A stretch of 64,000 nucleotides of DNA from Myxococcales bacterium (GCA_050118535.1 JASFKR010000004.1:2028-66027); one strand, 5' to 3'; shown: positions 48,598 through 59,007, numbered from the stretch's first letter. The notes: a model not told the origin generated them from the letters alone. A program made the numbers and translations.

Positions 48598-49307
48598 GGC
48601 GCCGCCGTGGTCGAGAATTGACCGTCGCACAGATCGCCGGTGTCGTTGACCATCAACCAGTCGCCCGAGATCACGAGCGCCTGATCGTCGAAGTTGCCCT
48701 CGATGGTCGTGTCGAAGGAGCGGAAGGTCGGCACGAAGGGCTGGCCGATGACCTGCGGCGCGGCCCAGTCGACGGCCATGCCGTTCACGGTGACCGCGCT
48801 GAAGCTGTGCTCGAGACAGCGCAGCTCGCCGTCGAGCTCGGCGCTGAACAGCACGTCGCCCAGATCGCTGATGCGACCCTCCGTGATACGCAGGAGCTGC
48901 TCCTCGCTGGAGCCCTCGAGGGTGAAGGCCAGCTTGCCGTCGATGGGCAGGGGCGGAAACGTGTTGGTGACGCAGCTGAAGCTGCCGACATAGGTGCCCG
49001 CGCGGCAGGTACCCCGACCCGGCAGGGTCTCGGTCCACTCGAACTTCACGTTCGGGTCCAGGATCGGCTCCAGATACTCCAGGGGAACGTCCTGGGCGGC
49101 GGGATCGCCCGCGTCCGGCATCGGCTCGGCACCCGCACCGGTGTCGTCACGGTTGTCATTTCCGGCCGAATCGGCCGGTGCGGCCACATCTTCGCTCCGC
49201 AGAGCGGCAGAAGGCTGGAAAATCTGGTGCTCAGACCCGGTGCATGCGACCGATGAGGCCACCACGAGCACCAATCCTGCCAGCCGCTGGAACACCACCA
49301 CGCGCAC
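48594..49307 (-). CDS. Hypothetical beta-rich lipoprotein
   Basis: Signal ending SVAC; 4-bp overlap with the vWA gene; four further Cys. Confidence 0.7.
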   Translation of the reverse strand: MRVVVFQRLAGLVLVVASSVACTGSEHQIFQPSAALRSEDVAAPADSAGNDNRDDTGAGAEPMPDAGDPAAQDVPLEYLEPILDPNVKFEWTETLPGRGTCRAGTYVGSFSCVTNTFPPLPIDGKLAFTLEGSSEEQLLRITEGRISDLGDVLFSAELDGELRCLEHSFSAVTVNGMAVDWAAPQVIGQPFVPTFRSFDTTIEGNFDDQALVISGDWLMVNDTGDLCDGQFSTTAAP

Positions 49308-49451
49308 GTCGCGCTTAAGGTAGCCCAAGGTCCGACCGATTTCCGCACATCGTCCCGAAATTGCGCACCTTCGCGGGATTCGGGCGCCGGCGAAAACTGA
49401 GCCGTTTTCAAACTCCCGTTCCACTATGGACGCGAGGTGGAAGGACTCGCC

Positions 49452-50075
49452 GTGACAGGGCCGGACTTGCGTATCGTGAGAGGAGGCGAGGAGGGGCGCG
49501 ACCCGGCGTCCCACGCTTCCGATCCGTCCGATGCGGCTGCCGCTGACGGACGCGCAAGCAGCGCGGCGGGTTGGGGAGAGGGGCACGCGCCCACCGACGA
49601 GGCGCTTTTCGAGCGCTACGCGCCCTACGTGGCGAGGATCGGGCTGCGCCTGCTCGGCCGGGAGGCCGACGTGGACGACCTCATCCAGGAAGTCTTCCTG
49701 GCCGCGTTCAAGCAGAAGCACCAGCTGCGGGACGGCGCCGCCTTCAAGAGCTGGCTGGCCACGGTCGCGGTGCGCACCGCCCGTCGACAGCTGCGCCGGC
49801 GCAAGCTGCGCTCTTTCGTGGGTCTCGACACCCTGGCGCCGTCACTCGAGCTGCGTGATCCGGCCATCTCGCCGGAGCGGCGCGCCCTGCTGACCCGGGT
49901 GTACAAGGAGCTCGACGAGCTCCCGGTCGACCAGCGCCTCGCCTGGACCCTGCGCTACGTGCAGGGTGAGAAGCTCGAGCGGGTGGCGGAGCGCTGCGGA
50001 TGTTCTCTGGCCACGGCAAAGCGACGCATTGCCGCGGCCCATGCTCGCATTCAAGCGGAGTTGAACGATGGATGA
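49452..50075 (+). CDS. ECF (group 4) RNA polymerase sigma factor
   Basis: Region 2 DVDDLIQEVFL...FKSWL; region 4 LDELPVDQR...VAERCGCSLATAKRRI. GGAAGGA upstream of GTG. Confidence 0.93.
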   Translation: MTGPDLRIVRGGEEGRDPASHASDPSDAAAADGRASSAAGWGEGHAPTDEALFERYAPYVARIGLRLLGREADVDDLIQEVFLAAFKQKHQLRDGAAFKSWLATVAVRTARRQLRRRKLRSFVGLDTLAPSLELRDPAISPERRALLTRVYKELDELPVDQRLAWTLRYVQGEKLERVAERCGCSLATAKRRIAAAHARIQAELNDG

Positions 50076-51249
50076 GCTCGCACGTCAGCTCGAAGCCGCG
50101 CGGGACGAGCTGAGCCCGCAGTGGGATGCGGACCGCGCCGCGCGTTTGTATTCCGGCGTCGGTCAATTGCGCAGGCGTCGGCGCGCCGGTCGCGTCGTGG
50201 CTGCCGGCGCGGTGGCGGTCGTGGCCCTGGTCGTGGGCCTGAACGTGCAGCCCAGGCCGGGCCCGCAGCGGGCCGCGGCACCCAGCGCCCCCACCGCCAC
50301 CGCCGGTGACACGATCCGCGCTGGCCACCGGGTACGCCTCGCGGACGGGTCGACCGCCAGCATGGTGGGCCAGCACAGCGAGCTCGAGCTGCTCGACAAC
50401 GACGCCTCGCACGTCCGCATGCGCCTGAGCCGCGGGCAGGCCCACTTCGACGTGGTGCCCAACCCGGATCGCAGCTTCGAGGTCGAGGCGGGCCCCTACC
50501 GCGTCGCCGTGCTGGGCACGGTCTTCGACGTGCAGCGCACGGACGCGGCGGTGCGCGTGGCAGTGAGCCGTGGCAAGGTCCGGGTCTACGGTCCCCACGG
50601 TGCAACCGACCTGCCCGTCGGCGAAAGCCGAAGCTTCCCGCTCGACGTGGCACCCTCGCCCGTCGACCCCGAGCCGGCGGAAGAGCCGCCGGCGGAAGCC
50701 GACGGCATTCCCGACGAGGCCCGGACGCAGTCCGACACGCAGGAGCCGCACGAGGGACAGGCCGCACGCAAGCGTCGCCGGGAGCGCCGCGATGCCCTGC
50801 CCAGCTGGCGCAGCCTCAGTCAGAGCGGCGACTACGAGGCGGCCTATGCATCCCTGCGCCGCGCGCGCGGGGTGGAAAACGATCCGGCGGCGTTGATGGA
50901 CGCGGCCGATGCCGCGCGGCTCAGCGGGCACCCGGGCAGCGCGGTGCGCTATCTGGAGCGGGTGGTGCGCGATCACCGGCGTAGCCCGGTGGCGCCCCTT
51001 GCGGCGTTCACCCTGGGCCGCGTGTATCTGGATCAGCTCGGTCAGCCCCACCGGGCCGCCGAGGCCTTTCAGCTCTCGCGCGACCTCGCGCCGTCCGGCT
51101 CGCTGGCTCAGGACGCCCTCGCCCGCGAGGTCGAAGCCCACAGCAAGGGCGGCGATGCGCACCAGGCCTGGATTCGCGCCCAGGAATACCTGAAGCGCTA
51201 CCCCAATGGGCGCCGCGTACGAGCCGTACAACTCTACGGCGGGCTGTAG
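50068..51249 (+). CDS. FecR-domain transmembrane anti-sigma factor with C-terminal TPR-like domain
   Basis: TM helix; RLADGS, LSRGQAHFDV, VAVLGTVFDV, VAVSRGKV; TPR-like AAFTLGRVYLD, YLKRYPNG. Confidence 0.88.
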   Translation: MDELARQLEAARDELSPQWDADRAARLYSGVGQLRRRRRAGRVVAAGAVAVVALVVGLNVQPRPGPQRAAAPSAPTATAGDTIRAGHRVRLADGSTASMVGQHSELELLDNDASHVRMRLSRGQAHFDVVPNPDRSFEVEAGPYRVAVLGTVFDVQRTDAAVRVAVSRGKVRVYGPHGATDLPVGESRSFPLDVAPSPVDPEPAEEPPAEADGIPDEARTQSDTQEPHEGQAARKRRRERRDALPSWRSLSQSGDYEAAYASLRRARGVENDPAALMDAADAARLSGHPGSAVRYLERVVRDHRRSPVAPLAAFTLGRVYLDQLGQPHRAAEAFQLSRDLAPSGSLAQDALAREVEAHSKGGDAHQAWIRAQEYLKRYPNGRRVRAVQLYGGL

Positions 51250-51426
51250 AGCGGACGAGAAGGGGCGCCCGGCCGGGGCTTTCGTCCTCGTCGGCGTCCT
51301 CGACGCAGCGCGGCTACGCCTGCGGGTCCAGCTGCGGGCGCGACCGGCCATGCAACGCTTCTCGCCCGTTCTACGCTTGGCGCTGGGCGGGTGGGTTCCG
51401 TGACAGGCCTGAGGTAGGCTGCGCGG

Positions 51427-52398
51427 GTGCGGGTGTCGTGGATCGCGGGGGTGCTGGGCACCTGGTGTTGGTGCGCGACTGCGCTGGCGCAGGCGCCGGC
51501 CGTGAGCACGGAGCTCGATCCGTGCGTGCCCGTGGACGCCGGGCGGTTCGAGCGACTGCTCAGCATCGAGCTGGGCACCTCCGGGGCGGCGGACGCCCGG
51601 GGAGTGACCCACGTGGAGGTCACCTGCAGCGATCGCGGCATCGAGCTTCGGCTCGAGGACGGCGTGACGCGCAAGACCATGGCACGCGTGCTGCCGGCCG
51701 ACTCGTTTCGCGATGCCTCGAGCACGCGCCTGCTGGCGTTGGCCGTGGCCGAGTTCGTGGTCGCGAGCTGGACGGAGCTCACGCTGCAGCCGGAGCCGGC
51801 GGTCGAGCCTGTGGGGCCACCTCCGCCTCCCGAGGTGCGGCGAGTCGCCGAGGGGCAGGCCCGGGAGCGTCAGCGTGCGGTGGCGCGGCTCGACGGCAGC
51901 GTGACCGTGGGCGTGGGCGCCACCGTGTGGACGCGCGACCGCTTCATTTCGCCGGGGCTGTCGCTGCGGTTGCTCGACCGCCCCGTCGACTACCTGGCGT
52001 GGACCCTCTCCGTCGACGCGGGCGTCGCGCATGCGGACGTTCCCCTGGGGGCAGTGACGATCCAGACCGTCTCGGCGACGGTGGGTATCGGCACGGCCTA
52101 TTCGGTGGACGGCGCCGTCTTTTACACGGGCCCCTCGGCGCGTTTGGGCTACACGCGAATGGAAAGCGAGAGTGCCGACCAGGCCATCGCCGTGGGCGAC
52201 AGCTTCACCGACGCGTTTGCCGGCCTGCTGTGGTGGGTCCGCGCGGAGCTGCACCCGTCGCGCCACATCCGCGTCGCCTTCGACCTCGAGCTGGGCGCGA
52301 TCACGCTTCCCGCACGCGCGAAGGCGCTCGAGGAAGAGGTGCTGGCGGTCGACGGAATCTGGATCGGCGCGAGCGTGGGCGGCGGCGTGGCCTTCTGA
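51427..52398 (+). CDS. Exported protein with probable C-terminal outer-membrane beta-barrel
   Basis: Signal ending ALA-Q, Pro linker, about 8 amphipathic strands, terminal Phe (GGGVAF). Confidence 0.72.
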   Translation: MRVSWIAGVLGTWCWCATALAQAPAVSTELDPCVPVDAGRFERLLSIELGTSGAADARGVTHVEVTCSDRGIELRLEDGVTRKTMARVLPADSFRDASSTRLLALAVAEFVVASWTELTLQPEPAVEPVGPPPPPEVRRVAEGQARERQRAVARLDGSVTVGVGATVWTRDRFISPGLSLRLLDRPVDYLAWTLSVDAGVAHADVPLGAVTIQTVSATVGIGTAYSVDGAVFYTGPSARLGYTRMESESADQAIAVGDSFTDAFAGLLWWVRAELHPSRHIRVAFDLELGAITLPARAKALEEEVLAVDGIWIGASVGGGVAF

Positions 52399-52414
52399 CA
52401 CTCCCAAACGCGCG

Positions 52415-52999
52415 TCAGTCGTCGCGTCCCTCGGGGGGCGCCCTGGACGCGCTGGAGTTCAGGAAATCGAAGCCGCCGAAGCCGATCTGCAGCCAGAAGA
52501 TGGGGGTGGACGGGCCCTCGATCCGGGGACGATATTCGGCGGCCGCGCTCAGCGTCACACCGTCGAGCCCGTCGCCCAGCCACATCACGCCGGCCTCTGC
52601 GCGAGGGCTGAGGCCGCCGAGCACCAAATCCTGGCCGTCGCTGCCGACCTCGAGCGCGCCCAGGGCGGCGCGCGCGAACGGCTGCAGGCCAGTCTGGGAT
52701 GCGCTCCGCCATATGCGGAACGCCTCGGCGCCCATCATCCCGGTGTATTGCCCGTCGAGCAGCGTGGCGTTCGCCAGCAACCCCACGCCTCCGCGCTCCC
52801 CGTTGATGCCCGTGCTCGCGGTCACCATCCCGCCGGCTCGCGTCGAATCGGCCGTGGCCACTGCGGGTCCGGCCATCACCTGGTAGTAGCAACCGCCGAG
52901 GTGCGAGGCCGCACCGAGCAGCAGGGCGATCCGGAACGCCGCGGCCGTTCGACCGGAAGTGGTGCGAGAGAGGGGCCGCGCTGGGATGGCTCGTGACAT
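52415..52999 (-). CDS. Small beta-barrel-like lipoprotein, hypothetical
   Basis: Lipobox LGGC followed by Gly-rich amphipathic strands. Confidence 0.6.
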   Translation of the reverse strand: MSRAIPARPLSRTTSGRTAAAFRIALLLGAASHLGGCYYQVMAGPAVATADSTRAGGMVTASTGINGERGGVGLLANATLLDGQYTGMMGAEAFRIWRSASQTGLQPFARAALGALEVGSDGQDLVLGGLSPRAEAGVMWLGDGLDGVTLSAAAEYRPRIEGPSTPIFWLQIGFGGFDFLNSSASRAPPEGRDD

Positions 53000-53009
53000 G
53001 GGTGCGTGG

Positions 53010-56000
53010 CTAGGAGTCGCAGCGTGCTTGCCGGGAGGGGTCGGCCGCGAGCAGGGGTGCCTCGCCTCGACCGATGCGTTCGAGCCGATCGGGCACCGCC
53101 GTCCGGAGGATCCGCCAGCGCCAGCCATGGGCAATCGCGGCATCCATGCGCACGTCCCGATCAGTACCGCCGAGTGTGAACCGCGTGTCAATCCTCGGAT
53201 AGCCCAGAAGATGCAGCATCCAGCCCGCGCCGCGGGCCAGCTCGTCGGTGTAATGGCGAGTCAGCCACAGGCGCCCGCCTCCGGACACCGCGCCGAGCTC
53301 CGACCAGCTCGCCCGCAGATCGAGGTTCAGCTCCGGGCCCCGGATGCGGAGGTCGCGGATGCGTTGGCGCCCGGGTCCGAACTCGTAGGCGAAGCGCGCG
53401 CTGTCGACGGGGTGATGGGTCCGCTTCGCGCCGCTCACGCTCGCGACCGCGAGCACTCCGTCGCGGATGCGGCCCTCGATGACGCCGGAGGTGCCCTCGG
53501 CCGAAGCGTCGATGCGCACGTGGGCCGAACCGCGTCCGCCGCTGACGAGTCCCGAAAGTGGCCCGAAGGCGTCGAAGATGTCGTTGGCGTGCCGGGTCGC
53601 CACGCGCAGGTCCACCCGCGTGCGATCCGGGGTCCAGGATGCATCCCCCCGGGCACGGAAGGTGCCGGTCTCGAGGTCGATGTCCTCGATCCGGAGGCGC
53701 CCCGCGTCCCATCGGTAGTGCGCGCTGGCGTGGCGAATCTGCAGCGCGCGCCTGCACAGCCCCGCGTCGTCGGGCAGCTCCCAGCGACCGCGCCCGAGTT
53801 GCAGCTGCCCACGCGCCTGCTCCACCGGGTGGGCCGCGGTGCCGCGGACCTCCGCGGTGAGCCGGACGCCGCTGGCGCCCAGTCGCCCCGGAAGCATCGA
53901 TGCCCACACGCCGTCGGGCGCTGGAACGAGGGTGACGGCAGTATGGTGCGCGCCGTCCTGCCAGCGCGTGTCGCCCAGAATCCGTCCCTCGGTGCTGTCC
54001 ATGTGCAGATGCGAGACCTGCCACTCGCCCCCGTCGTAGCGCATGTCGGCTCGGGCCAGGGCGATGCCCACGCGGGGCAGTGCGCCGAGCGCAGCGGGGG
54101 GACGCCACAGCGCGTCCGTGAGCGCCACGTCGCCTCCGATCGTCCGTGCCGGCTCGCTGGGGGTGCCATCCAGCACCAGCGAGCCGCTCAGTTTGCCCCG
54201 CTCGACCGTCCCGGGAAGCACCAGGTTCAGTGCCTGCCCGTCGAGCTCGGCGACGTGGAGCTCGATGTGGTGGCGCCCGGGGGAGAGCTCTCCCCGTCCG
54301 TGGACGACGGCGTCCAGCCACTCACCGCGTCCACCCGCGGCCGCGGGCAGGTATGCTGCGCCGTCGACCGAGACGTCCTCGAAGCGCGTGACGCCGCGCG
54401 CCCGCACGATGTGCGCGGCGATGTCGTGCAGGTCGACCAGGCTGGCCGCCGGCGCCGCGTCGGGCGAGGGGCCGGGCGCTTCGGGGGCGCGCCACAACAG
54501 GTCGCGCGCCTCGAGGTGGGCACTGAAGCCTTGCAGGGGCGCGCCGGCGGAGCCGTGCAGCGCGACCGTCCCCCGCAGCACGCCGCGGCGGATCGCTCCG
54601 GGGAGCGGGCCACTCAGCAGTCGTGCGTCCAGCCGCTCGAATCGCAGTCGCAGGTGATGGGCGCCTGCCTCGATGCGGCCTTGGCCGTGAGCCGAGACTC
54701 GAGGGCCGCGCACCCGAACGTGGTCCAGGTCGACTCGGGATGGCCGATCGGAGCGATAGTCGAAGTGCGCACCGAAGCGCGACAGCGCGAGGAGTCCGTG
54801 TTCGGGTGCGAGGCGCACCTCGAGACTCCTCGCCGCGAGCTCGCCGTCGATCGCGGCCCGCTCCGGAGTCCACTGCGCTCGAAGTTTCACCCGGGCGCTT
54901 CCGGCGGATCCGAGGCGCGGATCGAGGCGAGCCAGCGAGGGCGCCCCGTTCCACCATGTCCGCAGCGGGTCGAGCGAGCCCAGCTCCAGCGTGGCATCCA
55001 GGACGCCCGGGCCCGCCTGCGGGAGGTCGAGCGTGGCCCGGGCCCGCAGTCCGGCTGCGTGCGCCTGGACCGAACCCAGGCGGAGCCCCTTCGCGTCACG
55101 CCGGCCTTCCACGTAAACCGTGTCCAGCGACAGCGCGGGTCGCGCGTCCGGTGAATCGATCGCCACCTCCCGCAGCACCGCGCGGCCCCGGCCCTCCCAG
55201 TCCGCCGGCCGTTGCCAGGAACCGCCCAGCTCGAAGGCGGCGATGGCCCGATCCGCCCGCAGCGCGACGCCACCCGCGGGCGATGGCAGCAGCCGCTGGA
55301 GCGCCTGTTGCAGCGCTTCGCCCCGAATCTGCAGCTGGCCGCTGAGGGCCAGGCGCGCCGGCGTCTCCGCCCAGCGCAGCGTCGCCTTTCCGCGCGCCGT
55401 CACGTCCGCGGTGCGCAGCTCGACGGACTCGACATTCAGCTCGGACGGGTCAGCGGACGCGCGGATGCGAACCTGCCGCGCCTGATGACTGCCATAGGTG
55501 ACCTGGCCGGCGTCGAGCCGCAATTGGAGTGCCTCGCCGGACCGCTGACACTCCAGCGTTGCCTCCTCCACGTGCAGGGCGCGGTCGTCGGTCCCGACGC
55601 GGGTCCGGATTTCCAGATCCGAGACGCGACACCACCGGATCCGAGACTGCAGGAAGTGCTCCGCGGCGCCTGCCCAAGCGCTGGGGGTAGACGCTCCAGG
55701 GGTCGGTTGGGGCGCCCGGGCGCCAGCCCTCGAGGGGGCCGGCGAAGCGACCCGGACTCCGTCGAGCACGAGACCGTCCACCTCGGGCTCACCGCCACCC
55801 AGTAGCGGCCACCAGTCGAGATGTAGCTCGGCGCGTTCGACGGACACCAGGGGCGCCCGGGAGGCGTCGGCCGATCCGGCGTGGATCAGGATCTTGCCCA
55901 GCACGACGGCCTGAACGCCGAGAGAGACCCGGTCCACCGTCACCCTGGACCCCAGCGCCGCGGACAGCTCTGCCTGAGCCATGGCGCGCAGCGGTTCGAG

Positions 56001-56090
56001 CACGACACCCGCCTCGAACGACCACCAGAGGGCCGCTGCGACACTCCCGAACAGCAGAAGTGCGGCGTAACCGACACGCCAGCGGAACAT
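53010..56090 (-). CDS. AsmA-like beta-rich periplasmic protein
   Basis: N-terminal TM, then LSAALGSRVTVDRV...VERAELHLDWWPLLGG (AsmA N-terminal-like); 1026 aa beta-rich with internal repeats. Confidence 0.7.
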   Translation of the reverse strand: MFRWRVGYAALLLFGSVAAALWWSFEAGVVLEPLRAMAQAELSAALGSRVTVDRVSLGVQAVVLGKILIHAGSADASRAPLVSVERAELHLDWWPLLGGGEPEVDGLVLDGVRVASPAPSRAGARAPQPTPGASTPSAWAGAAEHFLQSRIRWCRVSDLEIRTRVGTDDRALHVEEATLECQRSGEALQLRLDAGQVTYGSHQARQVRIRASADPSELNVESVELRTADVTARGKATLRWAETPARLALSGQLQIRGEALQQALQRLLPSPAGGVALRADRAIAAFELGGSWQRPADWEGRGRAVLREVAIDSPDARPALSLDTVYVEGRRDAKGLRLGSVQAHAAGLRARATLDLPQAGPGVLDATLELGSLDPLRTWWNGAPSLARLDPRLGSAGSARVKLRAQWTPERAAIDGELAARSLEVRLAPEHGLLALSRFGAHFDYRSDRPSRVDLDHVRVRGPRVSAHGQGRIEAGAHHLRLRFERLDARLLSGPLPGAIRRGVLRGTVALHGSAGAPLQGFSAHLEARDLLWRAPEAPGPSPDAAPAASLVDLHDIAAHIVRARGVTRFEDVSVDGAAYLPAAAGGRGEWLDAVVHGRGELSPGRHHIELHVAELDGQALNLVLPGTVERGKLSGSLVLDGTPSEPARTIGGDVALTDALWRPPAALGALPRVGIALARADMRYDGGEWQVSHLHMDSTEGRILGDTRWQDGAHHTAVTLVPAPDGVWASMLPGRLGASGVRLTAEVRGTAAHPVEQARGQLQLGRGRWELPDDAGLCRRALQIRHASAHYRWDAGRLRIEDIDLETGTFRARGDASWTPDRTRVDLRVATRHANDIFDAFGPLSGLVSGGRGSAHVRIDASAEGTSGVIEGRIRDGVLAVASVSGAKRTHHPVDSARFAYEFGPGRQRIRDLRIRGPELNLDLRASWSELGAVSGGGRLWLTRHYTDELARGAGWMLHLLGYPRIDTRFTLGGTDRDVRMDAAIAHGWRWRILRTAVPDRLERIGRGEAPLLAADPSRQARCDS

Positions 56091-56208
56091 GAGGAATTAT
56101 GGACCATTCGCGGCGGTCGCGCGAGCGCGGGCCCGGCTTCCGGGCGGGGGCGACATGGATTTCGGGTAACCCATGCCGCCGATCCGATCGCTGCTCGCGT
56201 CGGCGGCC

Positions 56209-59007
56209 TCAGCGCAGGAAGATGCGCGGGTCGTCCGGGCGGATGTCCAGGTGGATGTGATCGCGGTGGCCCTCGTTGTAGTTCGGGGTCAGCACCGTCG
56301 AGAAGCGGTGGCTGCGCGCCAGCCGGCACGCGATGTCGCGCAGCGCGCGCGCGCGAGACGAGGCGGGGGGCGGTCCGGCGCAGGTCTCGCGGTTCGGCGT
56401 CTCCTGGTAGTCGTACAGGACGCTGAGCACGTCGTCGGTCTGGAAGAAGCGCAGCAGGTCCAGCCCCAGCCCCGCGGTGTGGAAGCTGCCGCGGGGCAGC
56501 TCGCGGTAGGCGCTCATCACGTCGACGCCGATCACGTCGTGGCGCTCGAGCACCTTCATCAGGTCGGGCAGGCGCGCGGCCATCTCGCAGCTCATCAGCA
56601 GGGGACGCTCAGGGTGGGTCATGCGCAGCCATACTCCGTTGACCTGACCCAGGACCTCGACGGGCGTGGGCACCGGGTTGGACAGGGGGAGCTCCCAGGG
56701 GCGCGCCCGGATGCCCCGGCGCTGCAGCTCACGCAGACAGCGCTCGTTTCGACGGATCGACCAGCGCGCCGCCGGGTCCACGAACCAGGTGGCCCCGGGT
56801 GTGAGGGCGCGGAAGTTCTTCAACCCGCGCACGCGGCGCGCCAGTCTTCGCGCCGCCTTGCCCGCCTGGCTCTTCCAGGGCGCTGCAAAGCGTGTGGGGG
56901 GCTCCGGCGTCGGCGGGGCCGGGGGCACCGCGAGTCCCGCGCCCGCGTCCGGAGGGGGGCTTTCGGCCTCGTCGGATCCGGAGTCCGGCCTGTCACCTGC
57001 GTCCGGTTGGCCCGCCGGACCGGCATCCGCGGGCAGGGGATCCCCGCCGGCGCCGGCGGCTTCCTCGGGTAGGCGCCAGTGGTGGTCGAAGTAGCCGTGT
57101 GCCGGCGGCTCGCGTCCCGCCCGGAAGGACAGGCGCGGCCGGCTGGTGGTGGAGCGCGCGTCGTAGATGACGTAATCGGGCAGGAAGTCGGGCAGACGAT
57201 GGCCCCGGTCGACCCCGTCGAGGGTGGGCGCGGCCTGTACGAGCACGTAGCGTTCAGGAGCGAGCGGGTTGGGGTGGATCATCTTCACGCCCACGCCCTT
57301 GCCATCGAAGCGGTCATTGCCCGCGACGACCGCGTCCTCTTCCACGCGGATGGGCAGGCGGTCGGCGATGCGCTCCAGGACCCCGTTGCTGCCGGGCGTG
57401 CCGTAGAGCACGAGGTGGCTTTCCCGCATCATCTCCGGCGTCACGTCCCGGTCGGCCACCACCTTCTGCTGCACCCGCCACAGCCACAGGGGCCAGCCGT
57501 GGGCGCCCCGCTCGGCGCTCTTGCGCAGCCGCTCCTCGTGCTCGGGCACGCCCGTGCCGTACACGTGCACCATCGATCCGAAATACGCGTCGGTGATGGG
57601 ACCGCTGCTGCCGGGGCGCTTGGACAGGGCGCCCTCGGGCTCGGTCGGGTAGCCGGGCTCGAAGCGCTCGCCGCGGCGCACCAGGTGCAACACGTGCCCC
57701 AGGGGTGCCCGCGCTCCGGCGTAGGCTTCCACGCCGTCGATCACGATGCGCACGCGCTCGGACGACACCGGCGCATCGCGCAGCTCCAGCGAGAACGCCG
57801 AGACATTGTCCGTCTCCACCGTGATGGTGTCGTCCTCGGCCACGGCGCGGACCCGGGCGAGCTCGGGGTAGCGGGTGATGCGGGTGACCGACACCCAGTG
57901 CTGCCGCGCCGCCCGATAGTCGCCCGTGACCACGCGCACCTCTGCGGGGTGCTGCTTGCGCTTCAGCTTCGCCAGCTTCGCGTAGTTGCGGCCGTGGCGA
58001 TGGACCCGGTAGAGCAGATCGTGCCCGGCGTCGTACCAGGTCTCGCGGTGGGGCACGTCGAGCTCTTTCAGGCGCTCGCTGAGCTCGTGCACGTAGCGCG
58101 GCTTCATGGGGCCGGTGTCGAGATGACCGTGGTAGTAGCGGAAGTCGGTGTTGATGGCGTTTTCGATCAGCTCCATCCCGGACTGGGCCGCCATCGCCAG
58201 ACGTTGATCCTCGGGCATGTGGCCGCCCGAATATTGCAGCCAGCTCGGCGCGCCGGCGATGGCCTCCACGGCTGCGAAACGCCAGGCGTGGCGCATGCCG
58301 ATGTTGTAGGCGCCCACCCCGCCGTTGCTCAGCCCGCCGAGCACGATGCGATCCTCGTCGATGGTGTAGTGGCGCAGCACGTCGTCGATCACGTCGAGCA
58401 CGTCCTGCTCGCCCATCCAGCGCCACATGACCTGCCCGAAGCCGTCGGGCGCGACCACGATCCACTCGGGCGACCAGCGGGGCTCGAAGTCGTCCCAGAG
58501 ATGAATCGAGTACTCCTTCCAATTCATGTTGTTGCCGAGCACCACCCCCAGGAAGAGGTTGCCGTTGGCAGAACCGCCGTGGAGCATCACCATCAGCGGG
58601 TAACGCTTCTTCGGGTCGTAGTCGGGCGGGATGTAGATTGCGTAGCCCTGCAGCAGCTCGGAGATGGGCGAGCGGTAGCCGCGCATCAGGATCTCACCGT
58701 CTCGCGTGACGATCGGGTCGCGCCCTGCCTCCGCGTCCTTCAGGTAGCGCGCAGCGCGGGCGCGCCATGCCTCGGACTGGGGTGCGAAGCGGCGCTCGAT
58801 GCGCTCGGCCACGTCCAGCGTGTAGGCGATCGTGTCGAAGGCGCCGGCCGGCAGATCGTTGCGGCGGGCCGTGCGCACCCGCTGCAGCTCCCCGCGCAGC
58901 TCCGCCACGCTGGGCGGCGGCTCGGCCCGGGCGAGGGCCGCCGCCGCGCAGACCGCGCCCAGCAGGGCCGCAGCCCGAAGGTGCCGTGCCGGTGACCACC
59001 CGCCCAT
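56209..59007 (-). CDS. Exported alpha/beta-hydrolase fused to C-terminal extensin-like (LAS/M15-type) domain
   Basis: Signal ending ARA-E; YPLMVMLHGG, GEQDVLDVI, GLSNGG, HGHLD, AGHD; C-terminal SCEMA, SAYR, HTAGLGLD, TPNYNEGHRDHIHLD. Confidence 0.82.
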   Translation of the reverse strand: MGGWSPARHLRAAALLGAVCAAAALARAEPPPSVAELRGELQRVRTARRNDLPAGAFDTIAYTLDVAERIERRFAPQSEAWRARAARYLKDAEAGRDPIVTRDGEILMRGYRSPISELLQGYAIYIPPDYDPKKRYPLMVMLHGGSANGNLFLGVVLGNNMNWKEYSIHLWDDFEPRWSPEWIVVAPDGFGQVMWRWMGEQDVLDVIDDVLRHYTIDEDRIVLGGLSNGGVGAYNIGMRHAWRFAAVEAIAGAPSWLQYSGGHMPEDQRLAMAAQSGMELIENAINTDFRYYHGHLDTGPMKPRYVHELSERLKELDVPHRETWYDAGHDLLYRVHRHGRNYAKLAKLKRKQHPAEVRVVTGDYRAARQHWVSVTRITRYPELARVRAVAEDDTITVETDNVSAFSLELRDAPVSSERVRIVIDGVEAYAGARAPLGHVLHLVRRGERFEPGYPTEPEGALSKRPGSSGPITDAYFGSMVHVYGTGVPEHEERLRKSAERGAHGWPLWLWRVQQKVVADRDVTPEMMRESHLVLYGTPGSNGVLERIADRLPIRVEEDAVVAGNDRFDGKGVGVKMIHPNPLAPERYVLVQAAPTLDGVDRGHRLPDFLPDYVIYDARSTTSRPRLSFRAGREPPAHGYFDHHWRLPEEAAGAGGDPLPADAGPAGQPDAGDRPDSGSDEAESPPPDAGAGLAVPPAPPTPEPPTRFAAPWKSQAGKAARRLARRVRGLKNFRALTPGATWFVDPAARWSIRRNERCLRELQRRGIRARPWELPLSNPVPTPVEVLGQVNGVWLRMTHPERPLLMSCEMAARLPDLMKVLERHDVIGVDVMSAYRELPRGSFHTAGLGLDLLRFFQTDDVLSVLYDYQETPNRETCAGPPPASSRARALRDIACRLARSHRFSTVLTPNYNEGHRDHIHLDIRPDDPRIFLR

